NCBI GenBank assembly: GCA_036172245.1
Contig: JAYWIR010000190.1
Span: 1 to 34,822, forward strand
Reading direction: 5' to 3'
Length of the DNA stretch: 34,822 nt
DNA from: Raillietiella orientalis
Lineage: Eukaryota
Shown here: piece after piece, positions 1 to 10,900 of the stretch
Numbering within the stretch: the stretch's first letter is position 1
Layout: each line of letters begins with the position of its first letter
Made by a program: the position numbers and the translations under genes
The notes under the pieces: generated by a model
What the model saw: only the letters and a program-made list of their open reading frames with translations
Told to the model about the DNA's origin: nothing
The model's database searches: none

Positions 1-1065
1 AGGAGGACGCCGCCCGAGACATGCGCCGACGGTTTTCGAGCCAAGAGGTCTCTCGACGGACGCTGCTATTGCAACCATAGGTCGCATCCGTGATATCATT
101 GCGGCCCGACAGGTGCTAGAAACCACCAAGTAGCCAAGGGAGGTCATCAGGATGACCTGCAAGAGGTCAGGGCAGGAAACCCTGTCTTATCGTTCCTGCC
201 CAGAAGCAAACGATCGATTCCTCTTCTCGCTCGTGTGCAGAGGGGTAGCTTCAGGTACTCCAACGGGCTATTCTACGACGACAAGAAAAAGAATGACGGT
301 GGATGGCACCCGGCGCCCCTTCGACCATGATCTCCTGCATGAAGTTCACCAGAGGCACCTTGCTCCAGAAATCGAGCGGGAAACGGGCGCTTCGCTACGC
401 TGGGAGTGAGAATCCTCTCACACTCCTGCGCAATGGCATTCTGTTGAAACCCGCGGTCGCGCTCGCGGTCTCTGTCGAAGCAGGTTTGCTTCGACAGCGA
501 CGGTCGGATGGATCGGTCAGGTGATCGAAATCGATTCAACTGATCAAAGGCGAGGAGCTCCCGCGCTTATGCGGAGCGCCATCAATTCATCGACGCAGTC
601 GGCATGTACCGGCTGCCTGCTCCGCCATTGACGCCGCGCACCGGAGAGATGGCAGCTCTGCTTCTGCTGCGTCCCTGCGCCCGGGCTCGATTCGACGAGT
701 TACGCGCTTCCGCAAACGCAAACAGCTTGTTGAACCAGCAGCTGGTGAGGTCCCTTAATGACTCTCTGAGCTGCAATTGTTCCCATCTGTGTGGTGCAGA
801 AGGAGCCAATCGCCAACGTCCTTCCATGACCTCAGGCTTCAGCCAGCGCCTCCTGAGAGAAGGATGCCGACGAACGAGCATCAGGAGGCTGCCAGAATAC
901 TGGCTAAGCAGACCAGAGATAAAGGGGCAAGGGTGGCACACGTTTCCAGCGTGACCTCATCCTTCACGAACTTTAGCGTTAAGACCTTTTCAAGGGGAGA
1001 GTTCTGTCACCCTTTTTCCATACACTAACTGATCACGGGCTTAGAGGAAGAGGTGCGAAGCAGCG
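1..1065. other. GC- and CpG-rich non-periodic flank of unresolved identity
   Basis: Only short overlapping ORFs (73-119 aa) on both strands, none with a motif I recognise. Composition shifts to AT-rich at ~1080. Contains scattered short matches to the satellite. Confidence 0.5.
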
Positions 1066-1154
1066 GAGACTCCCTTCAAGAAGAATTTTATTCAATATTC
1101 TGGAATGACATGAAGGTTACTGAGCTTCAAGTTCTTCCTGATGCCATGTGAATA

Positions 1155-1354
1155 ATGTTTTCAGAGAGGGAAGAAAAATAAAAGATAAATATTTGTTGAT
1201 TATTAATGACAGCACAACTCTGTGTTGTCTGAATTACCTTCCATATATTGATTTGGGTGAGAGAAAATAGATTTATTTTCTGACATCTGAGCATTGGTGC
1301 AGGGACCAACAGAGTCCAAAAGCTTCAACCTCCAAGAAAAAGGATTGTTATTCT
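1155..1354. repeat. Highly degenerate satellite monomer at the array edge, in register with the array
   Basis: Four motifs lie one period upstream of their array counterparts: TCAGAGAG 1161 vs TCGGGGAG 1437 (276 bp); ATTTGTTGATT 1191 vs ATCTGCTGATT 1468 (277); CCATATATTGATT 1241 vs CCACATAATGAAT 1517 (276); AACAGAGTCCAAA 1308, a 13-bp exact match to consensus, vs 1586 (278). Confidence 0.88.
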
Positions 1355-4300
1355 TCAATGTACTTCTCAACCCAGTCAAATGTACGTATGTGCAGCTATC
1401 CATGACGCGAATTTAACGCAGGCTGCAAAAGACGCTTCGGGGAGAGGCGCAAAAGTGCAAAGGTGTCATCTGCTGATTTCGAATTGATTACAAACCCTGA
1501 AACGTACAAATTCGGTCCACATAATGAATCAAAGAGAAGGAAAACATTCCATTTCTAATTCCGACACTGGTAACCATGAAAACGAAACAGAGTTAAAGTG
1601 CCCCACCCTATGGAAAGGACGCACTTTTCTCAATATTCTTCTGAACCCAGTCAAATGTACGTGTGTGCAGCTTTCCATGACACGAATTTGCCGCTCGCTG
1701 CAAATGGACGCTTCGGAGAGAGGCGCAAAAGTGCAAAGGTGTCATCTGCTGATTTCGAATTGATTACAAACCTTTAAACGTCCATATTCGGTCCACATAA
1801 TGAATCACAGAGAAGGAAAACATTCCATTTCTAATCCGACACTGGTAACCATGGAAACGAAACAGAGTCCAAAGTACCCTATTCTAAGGAAAGGACGCAC
1901 TCCTCTCAATGATCTTCTGAACCCAGTCAAATGTACGTATGTGCAGCTATCCATGACACGAAGTTGCCGCTCGCTGCAAATGGACGCTTCGGAGAGAGGC
2001 GCAAAAGTGCAAAGGTGTCATCTGCTTATTTCGAATTGATTACAAACCCTGAAAGGTCCAAATTCGGTCCACATAATGAATCACAGAGAAAAAAAACATT
2101 CCATTTCTAATTCCCACACTGGTAACCATGAAAACGAAACAGAGTACAGAGTGCCCCACCCTAAGGAAAGGACGCATTCTTCTCAATGTTCTTCTGAACC
2201 CAGTCAAATGTACGTATGTCCGGCTATCCATGACACGAATTTGCCGCTCGCTGCAAATGGTCGCTTCAGGGAGAGGCGCAAAAGTGCAAAGGTGTCATCT
2301 GCTTATTTCGAATTGATTACAAACCCTTAAACGTCCAAATTCGGTCCACATAATGATTCAAAGAGAAGGAAAACATTCCATTTCTAATTCCTACACTGGT
2401 AACCATGAAAACGAAACAGAGTCCAAAGTGCCCCACCCTAAGGAAAGGACGCACTCCTCTTAATGTTCTTCTGAACCCAGTCAAATGTACGTATGTGCAG
2501 GTATCCATGACACGAATTTGCCGCTCGCTGCAAATGGACGCTTCGGGGAGAGGCGCAAAAGTGCAAAGGTGTCATCTGCTGATTTCGAATTGATTACAAA
2601 CCCTGAAACGTCCAAATTCGGTCCACATATTGATTCAAAGAGAAGTAAAACATACCCTTTCTAATTACGACACTGGTAACCATGAAAACGAAACAGAGTT
2701 AAAGTGCCCCATCCTATGGAAAGGACGCACTTTTCTCAATGTTCTTCTGAACCCAGTCAAATGTACGTGTGTGCAGCTTTCCATGACACGAATTTGCCGG
2801 TCGCTGCAAATGGACGCTTCGGAGAGAGGCGCAAAAGTGCAAAGGTGTCATCTGCTGATTTCGAATTGATTACAAACCCTGAAACTTCCAAATTCGGTCC
2901 ACATAATGATTCAAAGAGAAGGAAAACATTCCATTTCTAATTACGACACTGGTAACCATGAAAACGAAACAGAGTCCAAAGTGCCCCACCCTAAGGAAAG
3001 GACGCACTCCTCTCAATGTTCTTCTGAACCCAGTCAAATGTACGTATGTGCAGCTATCCATGACACGAATTTGCCGCTCGCTGCAAATGGACGCTTCGGG
3101 GAGAGGCGCAAAAGTGCAAAGGTGTCATCTGCTTATTTCGAATTGATTACAAACCCTGAAACGTCCAAATTCGGTCCACATAATGATTCAAAGAGAAGTA
3201 AAACATTCCATTTCTAATTACGACACTGGTAACCATGAAAACGAAACAGAGTTACAGTGCCCCAGCCTAGGGAAAGGACGCACTTTTGTCAATGTTCTTC
3301 TGAACCCAGTCAAATGTACGTGTATGCAGCTTTCCATGACACGAATTTGCCGGTCGCTGCAAATGGACGCTTCGGAGAGAGGCGCAAAAGTGCAAAGGTG
3401 TCTTCTGCTGATTTCCAATTGATTACAAACCCTTACACGTCCAAATTCGGTCCACATAATGATTCAAAGAGAAGGAAAACATTCCCTGTCTAATTCCGAC
3501 ACTGGTAACCATGAAAACGAAACAGAGTCCAAAGTGCCCCACCCTAAGGAAAGGACGCACTCCTCTTAATGTTCTTCTGAACCCAGTCAAATGTAGGTAT
3601 GTGCAGGTATCCATGACACGAATTTGCCGCTCGCTGCAAATGGACGCTTCGGGGAGAGGCGCAAAAGTGCAAAGGTGTCATCTGCTTATTTCGAATTGAT
3701 TACAAACCCTGAAACGTCCAAATTCGGTCCACATAATGAATCACAGAGAAGGAAAACATTCCATTTCTAATTCCGACACTGGTAACCATGGAAACGAAAC
3801 AGAGTCCAAAGTACCCCACCCTAAGGAAAGGACGCACTCCTCTCAATGTTCTTCTGAACCCAGTCAAATGTACGTATGTGCAGCTATCCTTGACACGAAT
3901 TTGCCGGTCGCTGCAAATGGACGCTTCGGGGAGAGGCGCAAAAGTGCAAAGGTGTCATCTGCTTATTTCGAATTGATTACAAACCCTGAAACGTCCAAAT
4001 TCGGTCCACATAATGATTCAAAGAGAAGGAAAACATTCCCTTTCTAATTACGACACTGGTAACCATGAAAACGAAACAGAGTTAAAGTGCCCCACCCTAT
4101 GGAAAGGACGCACTTTTCTCAATGTTCTTCTGAACCCAGTCAAATGTACGTGTGTGCAGCTTTCCATGACACGAATTTGCCGCTCGCTGCAAATGGACGC
4201 TTCGGAGAGAGGCGCAAAAGTGCAAAGGTGTCATCTGCTGATTTCGAATTGATTACAAACCTTTAAACGTCCAAATTCGGTCCACATAATGAATCACAGA

Positions 4301-4954
4301 GAAGGAAAACATTCCATTTCTAATTCCGACACTGGTAACCATGGAAACGAAACAGAGTCCAAAGTACCCCACCCTAAGGAAAGGACGCACTCCTCTCAAT
4401 GATCTTCTGAACCCAGTCAAATGTACGTATGTGCAGCTATCCATGACACGAATTTGCCGCTCGCTGCAAATGGACGCTTCGGAGAGAGGCGCAAAAGTGC
4501 AAAGGTGTCATCTGCTGATTTCGAATTGATTACAAACCCTGAAACGTCCAAATTCGGTCCACATAATGAATCACAGAGAAGGAAAACATTCCATTTCTAA
4601 TTCCCACACTGGTAACCATGAAAACGAAACAGAGTCCAAAGTGCCCCACCCTAAGGAAAGGACGCACTCCTCTCAATGTTCTTCTGAACCCAGTCAAATG
4701 TACGTATGTGCAGCTATCCATGACACGAATTTGCCGCTCGCTGCAAATGGACGCTTCGGGGAGAGGCGCAAAAGTGCAAAGGTGTCATCTGCTTATTTCG
4801 AATTGATTACAAACCCTTAAACGTCCAAATTGGGTCCACATAGTGAATCAAAGAAAAGGAAAACATTCCCTGTCTAATTCCGACACTGGTAACCATGAAA
4901 ACGAAACAGAGTCCAAAGTGCCCCACCCTAAGGAAAGGACGCACTCCTCTTAAT

Positions 4955-7900
4955 GTTCTTCTGAACCCAGTCAAATGTACGTATGTGCAGGTATCCATGA
5001 CACGAATTTGCCGCTCGCTGCAAATGGACGCTTCGGGGAGAGGCGCAAAAGTGCAAAGGTGTCATCTGTTGATTTCGAATTGATTACAAACCCTGAAACG
5101 TTTAAATTCGGTCCACATAATGATTCAAAGAGAAGGAAAACATTCCATTTCTAATTCCCACACTGGTAACCATGAAAACGAAACAGAGTCCAAAGTGCCC
5201 CACCCTAAGGAAAGGACCCACTCCTCTCAATGTTCTTCTGAACCCAGTCAAATGTACGTATGTGCAGCTATCCTTGACACGAATTTGCCGGTCGCTGCAA
5301 ATGGACGCTTCGGAGAGAGGCGCAAAAGTGCAAAGGTGTCATCTGCTGATTTCGAATTGATTACAAACCCTGAAACTTCCAAATTCGGTCCACATAATGA
5401 TTCAAAGAGAAGGAAAACATTCCATTTTTAATTACGACACTGGTAACCATGAAAAGGAAACAGAGTCCAAAGTACCCCACCCTAAGGAAAGGACGCACCC
5501 CTATCAATGTTCTTCTGAACCCAGTCAAATGTACGTATGTGCAGCTATCCATGACACGAATTTGCCGCTCGCTGCAAATGAACGCTTCGGGGAGAGGCGC
5601 AAAACTGCAAAGGTGTCATCTGCTGATTTCGAATTGATTACAAACCCTGAAACGTCTAAATTCGGTCCACATAATGATTCAAAGAGAAGGAAAACATTCC
5701 ATTTCTAATTCCGACACTGGCAACCATGAAAACGAAACAGAGTCCAAAGTGCCCCACCCTAAGGAAAGGACGCACTCCTCTCAATGTACTTCTGAACCCA
5801 GTCAAATGTACGTGTGTGCAGCTTTCCATGACACGAATTTGCCGGTCGCTGCAAATGGACGCTTCGGAGAGAGGCGCAAAAGTGCAAAGGTGTCATCTGC
5901 TGATTTCGAATTTATTACAAACCCTTAAACGTCCAAATTGGGTCCACATAATGAATCAAAGAGAAGGAAAACATTCCCTGTCTAATTCCGACACTGGTAA
6001 CCATCAAAAGGAAACAGAGTCCAAAGTACCCCAGCTTAAGGAAAGGACGCACCCCTATCAATGTTCTTCTGAACCCAGTCAAATGTACGTATGTGCAGCT
6101 ATCCATGACGCGAATTTGCCGCTCGCTGCAAATGAACGCTTCGGGGAGAGGCGCAAAAGTGCAAAGGTGTCATCTGCTGATTACGAATTGATTACAAACC
6201 CTGAAACGTCCAAATTCGGTCCACATAATGATTCAAAGAGAAGGAAAACATTCCATTTCTAATTCCGACACTGGCAACCATGAAAACGAAAGAGAGTCCA
6301 AACTGCCCCACCCTAAGGAAAGGACGCACTCCTCTCAATGTACTTCTCAACCCAGTCAAATGTACGTATGTGCAGCTATCCATGACGCGAATTTACCGCA
6401 GGCTGCAAATAGACGCTTCTGGGAGAGGCGCCAAAGTTCAAAGGTGTCATCTGCTGATTTCGAATTGATTACAAACCCCGAAACGTACAAATTCGGTCCA
6501 CATAATGAATCACAGAGTAGGAAAACATTCCATTTCTTATTCCCACACTGGTAACCATGAAAACGAAACAGAGTTAAAGTGCCCCACCCTATGGAAAGGA
6601 CGCACTTTTCTCAATATTCTTCTGAACCCAGTCAAATGTACGTGTGTGCAGCTTTCCATGACACGAATTTGCCGCTCGCTGCAAATGGACGCTTCGGAGA
6701 GAGGCGCAAAAGTGCAAAGGTGTCATCTGCTGATTTCGAATTGATTACAAACCTTTAAACGTCCATATTCGGTCCACATAATGAATCACAGAGAAGGAAA
6801 ACATTCCATTTCTAATTCGGACACTGGTAACCATGGAAACGAAACAGAGTCCAAAGTACCCCATTCTAAGGAAAGGACGCACTCCTCTCAATGATCTTCT
6901 TTACCCAGTCAAATGTACGTATGTGCAGCTATCCATGACACGAAGTTCCCGCTCGCTGCAAATGGACGCTTCGGAGAGAGGCGCAAAAGTGCAAAGGTGT
7001 CATCTGCTTATTTCGAATTGATTACAAACCCTGAAAGGTCCAAATTCGGTCCACATAATGAATCACAGAGAAAAAAAACATTCCATTTCTAATTCCCACA
7101 CTGGTAACCATGAAAACGAAACAGAGTACAGAGTGCCCCACCCTAAGGAAAGGACGCATTCTTCTCAATGTTCTTCTGATCCCAGTCAAATGTACGTATG
7201 TCCGGCTATCCATGACACGAATTTGCCGCTCGCTGCAAATGGTCGCTTCAGGGAGAGGCGCAAAAGTGCAAAGGTGTCATCTGCTTATTTCGAATTGATA
7301 ACAAACCCTTAAACGTCCAAATTCGGTCCACATAATGATTCAAAGAGAAGGAAAACATTCCATTTCTAATTCCTACACTGGTAACCATGAAAACGAAACA
7401 GAGTCCAAAGTGCCCCACCCTAAGGAAAGGATGCACTCCTCTTAATGTTCTTCTGAACCCAGTCAAATGTACGTATGTGCAGGTATCCATGACACGAATT
7501 TGCCGCTCGATGCAAATGGACGCTTCGGGGAGAGGCGCAAAAGTGCAAAGGTGTCATCTGCTGATTTCGAATTGATTACAAACCCTGAAACGTCCAAATT
7601 CGGTCCACATATTGATTCAAAGAGAAGTAAAACATACCCTTTCTAATTACGACACTGGTAACCATGAAAACGAAACAGAGTTAAAGTGCTTCATCCTATG
7701 GAAAGGACGCACTTTTTTCAATGTTCTTCTGAACCCAGTCAAATGTACGTGTGTGCAGCTTTCCATGACACGAATTTGCCGGTCGCTGCAAATGGACGCT
7801 TCGGAGAGAGGCGCAAAAGTGCAAAGGTGTCATCTGCTGATTTCGAATTGATTACAAACCCTGAAACTTCCAAATTCGGTCCACATAATGATTCAAAGAG

Positions 7901-10900
7901 AAGGAAAACATTCCATTTCTAATTACGACACTGGTAACCATGAAAACGAAACAGAGTCCAAAGTACCCCACCCTAAGGAAAGGACGCACCCCTATCAATG
8001 TTCTTCTGAACCCAGTCAAATGTACGTATGTGCAGCTATCCATGACACGAATTTGCCGCACGCTGCAAATGAACGCTTCGGGGAGAGGCGCAAAAGTGCA
8101 AAGGTGTCATCTGCTGATTTCGAATTGATTACAAACCCTGAAACTTCCAAATTCGGTCCACATAATGATTCAAAGAGAAGGAAAACATTCCATTTCTAAT
8201 TACGACACTGGTAACCATGAAAACGAAACAGAGTCCAAAGTACCCCACCCTAAGGAAAGGACGCACCCCTATCAATGTTCTTCTGAACCCAGTCAAATGT
8301 ACGTATGTGCAGCTATCCATGACACGAATTTGCCGCACGCTGCAAATGAACGCTTCGGGGAGAGGCGCAAAAGTTCAAAGGTGTCATCTGCTGATTTCGA
8401 ATTGATTACAAACCCTGAAACGTCCAAATTCGGTCCACATAATGATTCAAAGAGAAGGAAAACATTCCATTTCTAATTCCGACACTGGTAACCATGAAAA
8501 CGAAACAGAGTCCACAGTGCCCCACCCTAAGGAAAGGACGCACTCCTCTCAATGTACTTCTGGACCCAGTCAAATGAACGTATGTGCAGCAATCCATGAC
8601 GCGAATTTACCGCAGGCTGCAAATAGACGCTTCGGAGAGAGGCGCAAAAGTGCAAAGGTGTCATCTGCTGATTTCGAATTGATTACAAACCCTGAAACGT
8701 CCAAATTCGGTCCACATAATGAATCACAGAGAAGGAAAACATTCCATTTCTAATTCCCACACTGGTAACCATGAAAACGAAACAGAGTCAAAAGTGCCCC
8801 ACTCTAAGGAAAGGACGCACTCCTATCAATGTACTTCTGAACCCAGTCAAATGTACGTATGTGCAGCTATCCATGACACGAATTTGCCCCTCGCTGCAAA
8901 TTGACGCTTCGGGGAGGGGCGCAAAAGTGCAAAGGTGTCATCTGCTGATTTCGAATTGATTACAAACCCTGAAACGTCCAAATTCGGTCCACATATTGAT
9001 TCAAAGAGAAGTAAAACATACCCTTTCTAATTACGACACTGGTAACCATGAAAACGAAACAGAGTACAGAGTGCCCCACCCTAAGGAAAGCACGCATTCT
9101 TCTCAATGTTCTTCTGATCCCAGTCAAATGTACGTATGTCCGGCTATCCATGACACGAATTTGCCGCTCGCTGCAAATGGTCGCTTCAGGGAGAGGCGCA
9201 AAAGTGCAAAGGTGTCATCTGCTTATTTCGAATTGATAACAAACCCTTAAACGTCCAAATTCGGTCCACATAATGATTCAAAGAGAAGGAAAACATTCCA
9301 TTTCTAATTCCTACACTGGTAACCATGAAAACGAAACAGAGTCCAAAGTGCCCCACCCTAAGGAAAGGATGCACTCCTCTTAATGTTCTTCTGAACCCAG
9401 TCAAATGTACGTATGTGCAGGTATCCATGACACGAATTTGCCGCTCGCTGCAAATGGACGCTTCGGGGAGAGGCGCAAAAGTGCAAAGGTGTCATCTGCT
9501 GATTTCGAATTGATTACAAACCCTGAAGCTTCCAAATTCGGTCCACATAATGATTCAAAGAGAAGGAAAACATTCCATTTCTAATTACGACACTGGTAAC
9601 CATGAAAACGAAACAGAGTCCAAAGTACCCCACCCTAAGGAAAGGACGCACCCCTATCAACGTTCTTCTGAACCCAGTCAAATGTACGTATGTGCAGCTA
9701 TCCATGACACGAATTTGCCGCACGCTGCAAATGAACGCTTCGGGGAGAGGCGCAAAAGTGCAAAGGTGTCATCTGCTGATTTCGAATTGATTACAAACCT
9801 TTAAACGTCCATATTCGGTCCACATAATGAATCACAGAGAAGGAAAACATTCCATTTCTAATTCGGACACTGGTAACCATGGAAACGAAACAGAGTCCAA
9901 AGTACCCCATTCTAAGGAAAGGACGCACTCCTCTCAATGATCTTCTTTACCCAGTCAAATGTACGTATGTGCAGCTATCCATGACACGAAGTTCCCGCTC
10001 GCTGCAAATGGACGCTTCGGAGAGAGGCGCAAAAGTGCAAAGGTGTCATCTGCTTATTTCGAATTGATTACAAACCCTGAAAGGTCCAAATTCGGTCCAC
10101 ATAATGAATCACAGAGAAAAAAAACATTCCATTTCTAATTCCCACACTGGTAACCATGAAAACGAAACAGAGTACAGAGTGCCCCACCCTAAGGAAAGGA
10201 CGCATTCTTCTCAATGTTCTTCTGATCCCAGTCAAATGTACGTATGTCCGGCTATCCATGACACGAATTTGCCGCTCGCTGCAAATGGTCGCTTCAGGGA
10301 GAGGCGCAAAAGTGCAAAGGTGTCATCTGCTTATTTCGAATTGATAACAAACCCTTAAACGTCCAAATTCGGTCCACATAATGATTCAAAGAGAAGGAAA
10401 ACATTCCATTTCTAATTCCTACACTGGTAACCATGAAAACGAAACAGAGTCCAAAGTGCCCCACCCTAAGGAAAGGATGCACTCCTCTTAATGTTCTTCT
10501 GAACCCAGTCAAATGTACGTATGTGCAGGTATCCATGACACGAATTTGCCGCTCGATGCAAATGGACGCTTCGGGGAGAGGCGCAAAAGTGCAAAGGTGT
10601 CATCTGCTGATTTCGAATTGATTACAAACCCTGAAACGTCCAAATTCGGTCCACATATTGATTCAAAGAGAAGTAAAACATACCCTTTCTAATTACGACA
10701 CTGGTAACCATGAAAACGAAACAGAGTTAAAGTGCTTCATCCTATGGAAAGGACGCACTTTTTTCAATGTTCTTCTGAACCCAGTCAAATGTACGTGTGT
10801 GCAGCTTTCCATGACACGAATTTGCCGGTCGCTGCAAATGGACGCTTCGGAGAGAGGCGCAAAAGTGCAAAGGTGTCATCTGCTGATTTCGAATTGATTA

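Noticed and set aside
152..1028. ORFs in the GC-rich flank (582-941 minus, 604-954 plus, others) as gene or retrotransposon fragments
   Set aside because: They are short, mutually overlapping and Arg/Ser-rich as expected for random GC-rich frames, with no RT, integrase, gag or transposase motif recognised.
2949..2976. Satellite-encoded hammerhead ribozyme (CTGGTAA...CGAAAC-AGA-GTC resembles CTGANGA...GAAAC...GTC, as in newt and schistosome satellites)
   Set aside because: Two invariant core bases are wrong, and neither stem II nor stem I can pair. I found no CTGANGA on either strand of the consensus. An Infernal/RNAmotif search would settle it.
3094..3110. CENP-B box at CTTCGGGGAGAGGCGCA or other TTCG sites
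   Set aside because: None fits NTTCGNNNNANNCGGGN; the CGGG half is missing.
3095..3145. tRNA/SINE-derived Pol III A/B boxes, 5S rDNA or spliced-leader repeat
   Set aside because: TTTCGAATT lacks the conserved G and C of the B box, there is no proper cloverleaf, and no recognisable 5S or SL sequence.
5726..6262. Longest ORF (178 aa; twin at 13479-14015)
   Set aside because: It arises from point variants, notably TGA>TTA at GAATTTATTAC, allowing read-through into the next monomer. It is useful only as a duplication marker.
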